DNA of 64,000 nt from Nitrosopumilus sp. GTDB lineage: Archaea > Thermoproteota > Nitrososphaeria > Nitrososphaerales > Nitrosopumilaceae. Both the position numbers and the translations under genes were made by a program. The notes below the pieces were generated by a model. It was not told the DNA's origin and searched no databases. It saw only the letters and a program-made list of their open reading frames with translations. The stretch spans positions 1,728,001 to 1,792,000 of the forward strand of contig OZ242220.1 in the NCBI GenBank assembly GCA_965206745.1, written 5' to 3'. Position 1 is the stretch's first letter. Each line of letters begins with the position of its first letter. Positions 39,286 to 49,060 of this stretch are shown here, piece by piece.

Positions 39286-39368
39286 TTGCGGGCAATCAGA
39301 TATGTAGTTTGGTATGAAATACCAATCAAAGTTAATTCTTTAAATTAGCATGGATCTTTTGCTCACCT

Positions 39369-40283
39369 ATGAAGGAGGTCGGCAAGATATGGATGAACGG
39401 CAGACTGGTACCGTTCAAGGATGCCAAGGTTCACGTGTTAACTCACGCATTACACTATTCAACATCAATCTTTGAGGGGATCAGATGTTATGATACCCCA
39501 AACGGATCCGCAATCTTCAGACTGCCTGAGCATGTTGACAGATTCTTCAAGTCTGCAAAGCTGTACTCGATGAAGATGCAGTTCTCAAAGAAGGCAATCT
39601 CTGATGCGATTGTAAAGACGGTGCAGGCAGGAGGACTCAAGGAGTCGTACATCAGGCCGCTGGCATACTACGGGTATGGTACGATGGGACTGACCCCGAC
39701 TCCAAACAAGGTGGACGTCTCAATCTCATGCTGGGAATGGAGGATGGGCGAGTCAAAGGCAGGCAAGTTTTCAGGTGCAAAGTGCAAGGTGTCAAGCTGG
39801 ACCAAGATCGATTCTAGATCCCAGCCGATGCAGGCAAAGGCCGCATCAAACTATGCAAACGCGGCACTTGCAAGAATGGAGGCACTCGATGGCGGATACG
39901 ATGAGGCCATCATGCTGAACCATCAAGGCAAGGTTGCAGAGGGAAGTGCCGAGAATATATTCATAATCAAGGATGACATAATTCAGACTCCGCCACTCTC
40001 GGCAGGAGGGTTGGAGGGAATCACCAGGGACAGCATTATACAGATCATCGAGGAGAACGGGAGCTTTGTAGTAGAGAGGGATCTGGAACGCGACGACCTG
40101 TACAATGCAGATGAGATCTTCATGACAGGTACGGCAGCCGAGGTAAAGTCCGTAAGCCAGGTAGACAGAGTAAAGATTGGCAGCGGAAGGATGGGCAGCA
40201 TCACCAAGGCACTGCAAAAGTCATTTACAGACGTGGTCATGGGCAAAGACGAGAGGTTCCTGCCCTGGCTAAAGTTTATCTGA
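39369..40283 (+). CDS. ilvE: Branched-chain amino acid aminotransferase
   Basis: LHY...FEG, YIRP, AKAASNY, EGSAENIF, LEGITR, GTAAEV. Confidence 0.95.
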   Translation: MKEVGKIWMNGRLVPFKDAKVHVLTHALHYSTSIFEGIRCYDTPNGSAIFRLPEHVDRFFKSAKLYSMKMQFSKKAISDAIVKTVQAGGLKESYIRPLAYYGYGTMGLTPTPNKVDVSISCWEWRMGESKAGKFSGAKCKVSSWTKIDSRSQPMQAKAASNYANAALARMEALDGGYDEAIMLNHQGKVAEGSAENIFIIKDDIIQTPPLSAGGLEGITRDSIIQIIEENGSFVVERDLERDDLYNADEIFMTGTAAEVKSVSQVDRVKIGSGRMGSITKALQKSFTDVVMGKDERFLPWLKFI

Positions 40284-40323
40284 GTTCCATGAAGTTTTTT
40301 ACCTGCAAGGGATACTGCTAATC

Positions 40324-40485
40324 ATGGATTCATGCTCTACTGGAGATGCACAGGAGATCTGCTGGTTCTGCAGAAAGGATCGCCATGAGGACTGCATGGG
40401 GGAGATTCCCACGCAGGGAAGATCAGATGGGCCGCATGACTGCACGTTTGACACAAAGCTTGTTCCCTGCAAGTGCAGGCACTGA
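40324..40485 (+). CDS. 53-aa Cys/His-rich microprotein (not in ORF track)
   Basis: MDSCSTGDAQEICWFCRKDRHEDCMGEIPTQGRSDGPHDCTFDTKLVPCKCRH fills the gap between ilvE and the methyltransferase. Confidence 0.6.
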   Translation: MDSCSTGDAQEICWFCRKDRHEDCMGEIPTQGRSDGPHDCTFDTKLVPCKCRH

Positions 40486-40521
40486 CATAATATCAAATAC
40501 AGCTTGTTCCTCATTGATTAC

Positions 40522-41076
40522 ATGGACTATGACGAGGGGTTTTGGGACAGATATGCAGATGATAACGAGTCAAGATACAACGAAGAGTTTGCAAAGTTTG
40601 TCAGGGATTTGGCTACATCACTGCGCTGTACAAGCGTGTTGGAGGTGGGCTGCGGGACGGGAATCGACCTGAGGCTGTTTCCAGATACGATTCAGTTCGG
40701 GGGCATTGATCCAAATGATCATGCGTTAAACATTGCAAGGGACAGACTGCCGGATGGAAACTTTGATAATGGTACCATAACTGAGCTGCCCTTTGAGGAC
40801 TCGTCAGTAGACTTTGTATTCACCCACGGGCTGATGAACTATCTGGAGGATGAGACAATCGAGAAGGGAATATCAGAGATGTTCAGGGTTGCTAGAAGGT
40901 ACATCATGAACTGTGAAAAGTTTGGAGAGACAGAGGATAGGATTGACCAGAACCATACATCACGCAACATGCAGAAGAGATGGTCAGGGTATGATGTCAG
41001 AGTCGTAAGCAATGTCGATATGCACGAGGAGATTGAACCGGACAAGCCAAGGTTTACGCTGTTGAGAAAACTGTAA
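40522..41076 (+). CDS. Class I SAM-dependent methyltransferase
   Basis: VLEVGCGTG, LPFEDSSVDFVF. Confidence 0.9.
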   Translation: MDYDEGFWDRYADDNESRYNEEFAKFVRDLATSLRCTSVLEVGCGTGIDLRLFPDTIQFGGIDPNDHALNIARDRLPDGNFDNGTITELPFEDSSVDFVFTHGLMNYLEDETIEKGISEMFRVARRYIMNCEKFGETEDRIDQNHTSRNMQKRWSGYDVRVVSNVDMHEEIEPDKPRFTLLRKL

Positions 41077-41283
41077 GGTCTTGGTTTGATTAATACTGTT
41101 AACTACAAGATGGAATCTGGCAATCAGGATTCAAGTCATGTCATCTCACCTTTGAACAGTGATTTTTGAATTTGAAGATCATGTTTTAGCTCATCTTTGT
41201 ACAGTAACTAGAAGAGATTACTATTCTTGACCAGAGCTATTTTTTAGGAGAACTATTTATCGATCATATTTATTCTGTTTAAC

Positions 41284-43065
41284 ATGGTTAATCAAAATAA
41301 ACCTCTCAAAGCCCCTTCTCTTACAGATGATTTGATAAAACAGGATTTTGAAGATGTTTTGTATGCTTTTTTTGATCTTGAGGATTTATGTAAAAAAGAT
41401 TCATTACACACTAAGAACTATGTAACGATTAGATTAGCAACCATTATTGAACAGTTTTGTAGAAAAATTGTAGAAAATCAAATCAAACATAAAAAAGGCA
41501 AGATTCCTAAAGAAATTACAATCAAGACTCAAGATTTGGATGAAATCATCAAAGCACATACCAAGTATGTGACAAAAAATATTTCCAACGATGTTCAAAA
41601 TTTAGATAAGATTGGTGAAATAAAACAAATTGTAATTGCTGCATCATATTCATTTCAAAATATAGATGCAATAAAAGATTTGAAAGATTATAAAATTATA
41701 GGAATTTTTGATGATGATAATCTAAAAAAATCGATAGATAAATTAATATCAAAACGTCACGACGTTGTTCACACAGTTATTGACACTGATTATGATGTAC
41801 AAAAAGGATTTAAAGAAACAGAGAAACTAATAAAGATAATTTTATCTAAATCCACTTTTAAAAATGAATCCGTTTTTTACGCTATACGAGGTTATTATAA
41901 ATTAACAAAAGAAAAATATAAAGATGCAATAGAATCGTATGATGAATCAATTAGGATCAAACCTAATTATTTTACATATGTTGGTAAAGGCAATGCACTA
42001 TACCAACTTGAAAGATATGACGATGCAATAGGATCGTATGATGAATCAATTAGGATCAAACCTAATTATTTGGCATATGCTGGCAAAGGCAATGCACTAT
42101 ACCAACTTGAAAGATATGACGATGCAATAGGATCGTATGATGAATCAATTAGGATCAAACCTAATTATTTGGCACATAATGGAAAAGGCGATGCACTATA
42201 CCAACTTGAAAGATATGACGATGCAATAGGATCGTATGATGAATCAATTAATACTGAACCTAATTATTTGGCATATGCTGGCAAAGGCGACGTACTATAC
42301 CAATTTAGAAGATACGATGATGCAATAGGATCGTATGATGAATCAATTAGGATCAAACCTAATTATTTTACATATGTTGGCAAAGGCAATGCACTATACC
42401 TACTTGGAAGATATGACGATGCAATAGGATCGTATGATGAATCAATTAGGATCAAACCTAATTATTTGGCATATAATGGAAAAGGCGATGTACTATACCT
42501 ACTTGGAAGATATGACGATGCAATAGGATCGTATGATGAATCAATTAATACTGAACCTAATTATTTGGCATATAATGGAAAAGGCGATGCACTATACCAA
42601 CTTGGAAGATATGACGATGCAATAGGATCGTATGATGAATCAATTAATACTGAACCTAATTATTTGGCATATAATGGAAAAAGCAATGCACTATACCAAC
42701 TTGGAAGATATGACGATGCAATAGGATCGTATGATGAATCAATTAGGATCAAACCTAATTATTTGGCATATAATGGAAAAGGCGATGTACTATACCTACT
42801 TGGAAGATATGACGATGCAATAGGATCGTATGATGAATCAATTAGGATCAAACCTAATTATTTGGCATATGCTGGCAAAGGCGATGTACTATACCAACTT
42901 GGAAGATACGATGATGCAATAGGATCGTATGATGAATCAATTAATACTGAACCTAATTATTTGGCATATAATGGAAAAGGTGATGCGTTATCTCAACTTG
43001 GTAGGGATGAAGAGGCAAAATATTGTTATGAATCAGTAAATAAATTAAAAACAAAAACTACATAA
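41284..43065 (+). CDS. HEPN-motif N-terminal domain fused to 12 TPR repeats
   Basis: IRLATIIEQF and KRHDVVH (Rx4H); 33-aa TPR units. Confidence 0.8.
   Translation: MVNQNKPLKAPSLTDDLIKQDFEDVLYAFFDLEDLCKKDSLHTKNYVTIRLATIIEQFCRKIVENQIKHKKGKIPKEITIKTQDLDEIIKAHTKYVTKNISNDVQNLDKIGEIKQIVIAASYSFQNIDAIKDLKDYKIIGIFDDDNLKKSIDKLISKRHDVVHTVIDTDYDVQKGFKETEKLIKIILSKSTFKNESVFYAIRGYYKLTKEKYKDAIESYDESIRIKPNYFTYVGKGNALYQLERYDDAIGSYDESIRIKPNYLAYAGKGNALYQLERYDDAIGSYDESIRIKPNYLAHNGKGDALYQLERYDDAIGSYDESINTEPNYLAYAGKGDVLYQFRRYDDAIGSYDESIRIKPNYFTYVGKGNALYLLGRYDDAIGSYDESIRIKPNYLAYNGKGDVLYLLGRYDDAIGSYDESINTEPNYLAYNGKGDALYQLGRYDDAIGSYDESINTEPNYLAYNGKSNALYQLGRYDDAIGSYDESIRIKPNYLAYNGKGDVLYLLGRYDDAIGSYDESIRIKPNYLAYAGKGDVLYQLGRYDDAIGSYDESINTEPNYLAYNGKGDALSQLGRDEEAKYCYESVNKLKTKTT
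41915..43010. repeat. 99-bp coding tandem repeat, ~11 units
   Basis: gatgcaataggatcgtatgatgaatcaatt... recurs every 99 nt. Confidence 0.95.
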
Positions 43066-43264
43066 ATATTTTAAATTATTTAAAACAATAATTCCAAATC
43101 TTTGAAATTCTTCAATACTGTGTTTTCTTTTTTGTTGATTTTGTATATAGTTATCAATGATCTTGTTTGACTTACAGTTCCATCCACAAGCCCAAGATCT
43201 GTTAAACCATTGAGAATGATTGTAAGAGTTGCCCTGTTTATCTGTAAAAAATTTAACATCTTTG

Positions 43265-43309
43265 ACTCTGGTCATAAACGGTGATCTGATCACTAATCTT
43301 GACTAGAAC
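43265..43309. repeat. ~46-bp palindromic repeat, copy 6 (plus half copy 43315-43336)
   Basis: actctggtcataaacggtgatctgatcactaatcttgactagaac. Confidence 0.8.
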
Positions 43310-43387
43310 CGAGTGGATCACTATATTTGACCAAGATCATGGATCAGTTAAATCAAAGTGATGATCCAAACTGACAGTGAATAATAG

Positions 43388-43720
43388 ATGACCTTTCTTC
43401 CAACCCTTCTAAGGACCAACATGAAAAAGATAGTCATAATTCTCATATGTTTGACCATACCAATCCAGATAACCGTGACGTTTGGACTGGTGGTTACTGG
43501 TTCTCCTTTCTGTTATGAGGCAGGGCAGTATAAGTCAGAAGAGGATAAGAAATCTGACAATCCTAATCATGCGGTTCTTTCTGACATAGAAATTAAATGT
43601 ACTTGGGAAATAGATGCTTTATTCAAATTATATTACATTTTACCCTTAACCATTGTAACAATGCCCATAGTGTTGATAGTTTTCTCAATCTATTATGTGA
43701 TAAAGAGAAGAAGAGTTTGA
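43388..43720 (+). CDS. Hypothetical 2-TM protein
   Basis: Two hydrophobic segments around a Cys-containing loop. Confidence 0.55.
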   Translation: MTFLPTLLRTNMKKIVIILICLTIPIQITVTFGLVVTGSPFCYEAGQYKSEEDKKSDNPNHAVLSDIEIKCTWEIDALFKLYYILPLTIVTMPIVLIVFSIYYVIKRRRV

Positions 43721-43926
43721 GATTCTTTCCAGTTTTAGTTGATTTCTTCATCATATGTAGGGACATGCAATAACAACACGGTAGAAAGCAACTGGTACGC
43801 TTACAATATTCCTATTTTTCTGTGCATGAATTGATCTATAACATGACATATTCTTCGACGGTCACCTTTGGTTAAAAAAATTAGATCTGAATGATCCATT
43901 AAGGACTAGATTGACTTCCATGGATC

Positions 43927-44172
43927 TTGCACCTTGATTCAGATGCTTTGGAAGAAAAATGGCAGGAAGAATATCAGAAATTAGACAGAGCTTATTACAG
44001 ACTTCGTGCTTACTATAATCGTAATAGGAAATGTAAATGTCGTCATATTAACGAGTGTGATCATTTTGATGTCGTGCTTCAAAAAGTACTAGGGGATAAA
44101 GCACGGAAATTACGTCAATCTGGATTTGATATTAATTTTAGAAAATATTACGAGATAATGAAATCAGATTAA
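43927..44172 (+). CDS. Hypothetical protein
   Basis: 81-aa ORF with CKC.H...C.H. Confidence 0.45.
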   Translation: MHLDSDALEEKWQEEYQKLDRAYYRLRAYYNRNRKCKCRHINECDHFDVVLQKVLGDKARKLRQSGFDINFRKYYEIMKSD

Positions 44173-44406
44173 ATTTCCAAGAATTTCCCGGATTTTCTTT
44201 ACATCGTATTTGTCTTTGAATCTTTTGAAATTTTCATTTAATTTCACAATATTATAAGTTGCTACAGGAATAGATGGGTTACTTGTAAAATCTCTTACTG
44301 ATTCTTGTAATTTCTTTTTTGTTATTACACAAACAGCTGATGGCATAGATGAAAGCGGTTTGAATCGGAATTCCTCAAGTACTTGTTGATCCTGCTTCTT
44401 ATCCAC
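44164..44406 (-). CDS. Hypothetical protein
   Basis: 80-aa ORF in AT-rich region. Confidence 0.45.
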   Translation of the reverse strand: MDKKQDQQVLEEFRFKPLSSMPSAVCVITKKKLQESVRDFTSNPSIPVATYNIVKLNENFKRFKDKYDVKKIREILGNLI

Positions 44407-44728
44407 GGATGGCCGCCATGTATTAGTCCTAAAGGAATATGCATCGTAACCATACCAATGTAATGTCAGAGAATTCGCTACACCATTTGTAGATTTTTCT
44501 ATGCAAGAAGCCAGTCGTAAGATTTTGTCTTGAGATCGCCCTCGAAGTAATGATAATTTAAGAGAACTGTTTGTATTTTTTTTATTTGGTGTCCTTCCAA
44601 AAAAGGATATTGCTTTATTGCACTGTAAAATATAGTGGTGTTTTCACTCACCTGTAAAGTTCGTGTGCTTTCAGTTCTATCTAGGTAGTTACTACCATCG
44701 GGTCTTATTTCTATCACAAAAAAGGAAG

Positions 44729-44802
44729 CGGGTCTAAAGGGATTCGGACCCTTGACAACCGGATTAAGAGTCCGGTGCGCTACCTGGCTGCGCCATAGAC
44801 CC
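44729..44802 (-). tRNA. tRNA-Lys(CTT)
   Basis: GGGTCTA/TAGACCC acceptor, CCGGA-CT-CTT-AA-TCCGG anticodon arm; T-loop reads TCCGAAT. Confidence 0.92.
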
Positions 44803-44867
44803 ACCAAAGTAATTAGGCTCAGAGTTGTTATTAATCTTGAGATTTTAAAATGATTGAAAATTCAGTT

Positions 44868-45467
44868 TTATGCCTTTGCTTCAATCTCGTTGTATTTTTC
44901 AATGATTGCAGTAAGTGCAGTTGAGACAGGTACGTCGTTCATCTTTTTCTTTTCTGCCAAGAGCTTTTGGTATGCATCCAGTGTAATGTATACCGGAATC
45001 GAGCCGTTTCCTTCAAGTAGCCCCCTGACATTATACAGGGCAGTCTCCATTCCCTTTTCGGCAGACTTGGCAAACTTTGCCTTGTCCAGTATTGCGCCTA
45101 GCGGGCCAAACGGCATGTCATAGTCGACTGACATGGTCACCCTGGTAAGATTATTGCCTAGTGCCTTAAACTCGTTGATTATCTGCCAGTTCTTGAAGGG
45201 ACCTTCAATCTGCTTGGCAGTGATCCTCTCATTTTTGATAAACTCTGTTGTCTCACAATCCCACTCTAGGCGTTTTCCGCTAAAGTCACCGATAATTCTA
45301 AAGGTTGTTCCAACGCCCATTCCTTCCTTTATATCCATAGGAACGACTGTCATGCCTACGGTGTCGTTTTTGATCTGATCAGAGACGTGCTCTGGTCTTG
45401 CAAAGTAGGTAAAGACATTCTCTACGGGTGTCTTTATGTCGATTGATTTTGTAACGAGGGTCAACAT
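44868..45467 (-). CDS. SRPBCC/START-family protein
   Basis: SIDIKTPVENVF...GPFKNW...T.VTMSVDY. Confidence 0.85.
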   Translation of the reverse strand: MLTLVTKSIDIKTPVENVFTYFARPEHVSDQIKNDTVGMTVVPMDIKEGMGVGTTFRIIGDFSGKRLEWDCETTEFIKNERITAKQIEGPFKNWQIINEFKALGNNLTRVTMSVDYDMPFGPLGAILDKAKFAKSAEKGMETALYNVRGLLEGNGSIPVYITLDAYQKLLAEKKKMNDVPVSTALTAIIEKYNEIEAKA

Positions 45468-45561
45468 TTGGGTTTCTTGGCAATAAGGATTTAAAGGTTT
45501 TGAAGATTTTTACGCAAGAATTGATTTACAATATATTCACCGAGTTTGCACGTTATCTTAA

Positions 45562-46080
45562 ATGATTAAAAGGCGATCAGTTCTGTTGGTACTGGTTTTG
45601 GCCCTCTCTGCATCAGGTGCCGGCTCGGCATACGCGCATTCCATGTTCAACTCCGCTGAGCAGTCATACGGCGGGTACAGGGTCCAGGTGGCAACGGCAC
45701 CGGAATTCCCACAGATCGACGAGCCGTCCCAGTTTCTAGTCAAGGTAACGGAGGGATTTGACTATGACGAGGTGGACAGTTTTACGATGGGGATCAGGGT
45801 GTACTATAACGGGCAGCAAGTCGATGCGATCCCGCCTACACTGATAGAGGGAGCACACTGGGACTTTGACTATACTTGGAGAAACATAGGGAATCATGTA
45901 GTCAAGGTGGACTTGTATAATGCCGATGAGGCAGGTGATGTTCTGACCTATACGTTTAACATGGGAACGCAGAGCCCATTTGGGATACTGTTTATAGGTG
46001 CGATCACTACTGGTGCCCTGGTAATGACGGGAGTAATGCTGTATATTTACCTGCCAAGGGTCTTTAAGAGATCTAAGTGA
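45562..46080 (+). CDS. Exported membrane-anchored hypothetical protein
   Basis: Signal peptide AYA-H, C-terminal TM. Confidence 0.75.
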   Translation: MIKRRSVLLVLVLALSASGAGSAYAHSMFNSAEQSYGGYRVQVATAPEFPQIDEPSQFLVKVTEGFDYDEVDSFTMGIRVYYNGQQVDAIPPTLIEGAHWDFDYTWRNIGNHVVKVDLYNADEAGDVLTYTFNMGTQSPFGILFIGAITTGALVMTGVMLYIYLPRVFKRSK

Positions 46081-46516
46081 TCGAAGGCTTTGGGGATCTT
46101 GCGATCCTAAATGCAAACAGGGTGGTCAGCAGAACCATGGCAAACAGCCAGATTCCTATTCCCAGGTGAACTGCAACTAGTACTGCGTGAAGCTGCGTGT
46201 CAATTACCAGTGCGCCCAGCGTAATCTGGGTGATCACCAGTATAGTCGCAGTCACGCTTGTAACCTTGATTTTAAAGTCAGAGTTCCTGTTGATCAGGCT
46301 TGCAACCATGGTTGCAATCACCAGTGCTCCTGTCGTTGCAGCAACGGTCCTGTGAATCCACTCGATGAGGTACTCCTCAGAGGGCATCACCCCGTTGGGG
46401 CACAGGGGCCATTCGGGGCAGGTCAGTCCGAGTCCGGCAGCTGAGATATATCCGCCAATGAACATCAGCGAGTACAGGACAACCAGTGTCGTTAGGGCAA
46501 GGTATTGGATTGCCAA
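46073..46516 (-). CDS. ctaA: Heme A synthase (COX15/CtaA, short archaeal type)
   Basis: GLTCPEWPLC, EWIHR, AVHL. Confidence 0.88.
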   Translation of the reverse strand: MAIQYLALTTLVVLYSLMFIGGYISAAGLGLTCPEWPLCPNGVMPSEEYLIEWIHRTVAATTGALVIATMVASLINRNSDFKIKVTSVTATILVITQITLGALVIDTQLHAVLVAVHLGIGIWLFAMVLLTTLFAFRIARSPKPSIT

Positions 46517-46518
46517 AA

Positions 46519-47481
46519 TTATTCTACGATAAAGTTGCCTTGCATGCCCAGAAATGCGTGGCCTGGAACGGTACAGACGTAATAGTAATTTCCTGGCGCG
46601 CCGGCAGTAAATGTGACACTCTCGCTCTGACCGGCAGCCAGTGAGTTGGATACGGATCCGATTGCCGAGTCCATGACTATGCTGTTGACGTCCTCAGGAT
46701 TTGAGACGACTCCAAAGGCATGGGGGGATCTGCCGGCATTGTTTACAGTTACAGTTACAGTATCCCCAGAGTTTACACGGATCTCAGGATTGTTTCCCTC
46801 CTCGCCAGATAAGGCATTAAACGCATAAGAACTAAAATCTTCAGCTTCTACAAAGTCCAAGGCCAGATCGTGTGATACGCCCGTCGGGGCGGCTGCCACT
46901 GCCGGTGAGCCGTCTGACGGGGTGATGATGATCTCCCCGACCATTCCCTGCTCCCTGTGGCCTGGAACCGTACAGATGTAATAGTAGGTTCCCTCCTCGC
47001 CTGCGATAAACTCAGATGAGCCGCCTTTGCCCGATGTCAGCGGGTTTGTTGCCAGTCCAATCTCACTTCCAGGTACGATACCGGCAAAGCCTTCATCATT
47101 TTTGGTCACACCAAAGGCATGCACGCCTATACCGCCATTATCAACATTGAAGGCTATCTTGTCACCGACACTCATCTGGATTGTCGGATTGCCCCCCTCC
47201 TCTCCAGGCAGGGCGTTAAACCCCAAAATTCTCAGGTCCGATGACTCTACAAACGTAAGATCCTGCGTTATGGTCTTGCCAGTCTGCGTTCCCACCTTGT
47301 GATCGACTTTGCCTGCCATCATTGCTACAACGGGGGCAGGTTCGGATATCCAATAGTCCCACAGTGAGAAGAATATTCCCCCGCCGACTATGCAGATGCC
47401 CAACATGATGATCATCATCTTTCCGGTCCTTTCCGTAGTCGTTCTGTAAACTTGGGTATTATCGTGACTCATCTCATGCAT
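46519..47481 (-). CDS. Membrane-anchored di-cupredoxin blue copper protein
   Basis: Two HAF...YYYxCTVPGH...GM type-1 copper sites; in the cox cluster. Confidence 0.9.
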   Translation of the reverse strand: MHEMSHDNTQVYRTTTERTGKMMIIMLGICIVGGGIFFSLWDYWISEPAPVVAMMAGKVDHKVGTQTGKTITQDLTFVESSDLRILGFNALPGEEGGNPTIQMSVGDKIAFNVDNGGIGVHAFGVTKNDEGFAGIVPGSEIGLATNPLTSGKGGSSEFIAGEEGTYYYICTVPGHREQGMVGEIIITPSDGSPAVAAAPTGVSHDLALDFVEAEDFSSYAFNALSGEEGNNPEIRVNSGDTVTVTVNNAGRSPHAFGVVSNPEDVNSIVMDSAIGSVSNSLAAGQSESVTFTAGAPGNYYYVCTVPGHAFLGMQGNFIVE

Positions 47482-47484
47482 CTC

Positions 47485-49011
47485 CTAATGTGACGGATTC
47501 TTTGCCTCAAATGGGTAATAGTACTTGCCGCCGACTCCGAATGGATCCTCGGTATTTGCAAGCGGTCCCTTTCCTGAACTGTGAATCATGTTTGCTAAGA
47601 AGATTGCCATACTGACACCTATAATCATTGCGCCAACTGATGCAATCTGGTTCATGGCAATCCATTCGGGGATTGGCGGATAATCAAATATTCTTCTTGG
47701 CATTCCGTACAGTCCAAGCACGTGCTGCGTGAAGAAGACCAGCACGGTTCCTACAAATGACATTATAAAGTGGATCTTGCCCATGGTCTCATTGTACATT
47801 CTTCCCGTCACATACGGGAACATGTAGTAGAGGAAGCCGATCGAGCCAAATGCGATGGTACCCATCACAAAGAGGTGAAAGTGTCCGACCACCCAGTACG
47901 TGTCGTGGGTAGTAAAGTCAAGCGGCATGGCAGCGTTTGCAACGCCGCCTGCACCTGCAGAGAAGAACAGTGCGATTCCGCCGACTGCCCACATCATTGG
48001 GGTTGAGAACTTTATTCTGCCGTTCCACATTGTTGCAACAAAGTTAAAGACGTGCATCGCAGATGCTGGAACTGCTGCAAGGGTTCCGACCATGAAGACG
48101 GTCTTTTCAGTAAATGACATTCCGGTTGCATACATGTGATGTGCCCATGATGAAAAGCCGACGATAGATAGCAGGACAAAGGCAAAGACTCCGGAATTGT
48201 AACTGTAGATTGGCTTTCTTGAGAATCTTGGAATAATCTCATACATCATGCCGATTGCAGGAATTACCAGCACATACACTTCAGGATGGAACGTAAACCA
48301 GAACAGGTGCGCATATGCTATAGGATCCCCGCCCATTGCGGGATTGAAGAATCCGCTGACTCCGAGCCTGTCAGTTAGCAGCATGAGAAGGGCTGCGGCA
48401 AATGTTGGAATTGCAACAAGAATGATTAGTGATGAGGACAGAAAGGACCATGCCAGCAACGGAACCTGGCCAATTGACATGTCAGGATGCTTGCATTTGA
48501 GGATTGTAACTACAAAGTTGATTGCGCCCAGTACCGATGAGATGCCCAGTATCTTTAGTCCGAATATCCACATGTCTGCTGCAGGACCGGGGGCGCTGAT
48601 GATGGAATACGGCGGCGTTGCATACCAGGTAAAGTCTGCAAAGCCCAGCCAGATAAGTGCCCCTGCAGGAGGAATCATCCAGAACGCAATTGCGTTGAGT
48701 TTCGGATATGCCATGTCCTTGTATCTTACCATGATTGGGACATAGTAGTTGCCTACTGCAGATGCAAAGGGAATGATGAACAAAAAGATCAGCGTCGTGC
48801 CGTGAACTGTAAATATTCGATTGAATGTCATCGCATCGCCGATGATCTGCGCGCCAGGCAGGAACAGTTCTGCCCTGATTGCAAGGGCCAGTGATCCGCC
48901 CAGGAACAGGAATGCAAGCGATGAGATAAGATAGAGCAGCCCAACATCAGTGTGATGTGTTGAGAACATTATTTGCCAGATTGGACGTGGCTTTTGTAAT
49001 TCTAGAACCAT
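47485..49011 (-). CDS. coxA: Heme-copper oxidase subunit I
   Basis: HPEVY, WAHH, HFH motifs. Confidence 0.96.
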   Translation of the reverse strand: MVLELQKPRPIWQIMFSTHHTDVGLLYLISSLAFLFLGGSLALAIRAELFLPGAQIIGDAMTFNRIFTVHGTTLIFLFIIPFASAVGNYYVPIMVRYKDMAYPKLNAIAFWMIPPAGALIWLGFADFTWYATPPYSIISAPGPAADMWIFGLKILGISSVLGAINFVVTILKCKHPDMSIGQVPLLAWSFLSSSLIILVAIPTFAAALLMLLTDRLGVSGFFNPAMGGDPIAYAHLFWFTFHPEVYVLVIPAIGMMYEIIPRFSRKPIYSYNSGVFAFVLLSIVGFSSWAHHMYATGMSFTEKTVFMVGTLAAVPASAMHVFNFVATMWNGRIKFSTPMMWAVGGIALFFSAGAGGVANAAMPLDFTTHDTYWVVGHFHLFVMGTIAFGSIGFLYYMFPYVTGRMYNETMGKIHFIMSFVGTVLVFFTQHVLGLYGMPRRIFDYPPIPEWIAMNQIASVGAMIIGVSMAIFLANMIHSSGKGPLANTEDPFGVGGKYYYPFEAKNPSH

Positions 49012-49060
49012 AAGACAGTCTCCTCAGAGTTGAGCATTGGTAGTTGTGATAAAAGCGTTG

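Noticed and set aside
41915-43010. 99-bp periodic array as a possible CRISPR
   Set aside because: In-frame coding TPR units with no unique spacers and no cas genes
44499-44807. 102-aa ORF
   Set aside because: Its 5' part is the tRNA-Lys gene; at most a shorter downstream ORF is real
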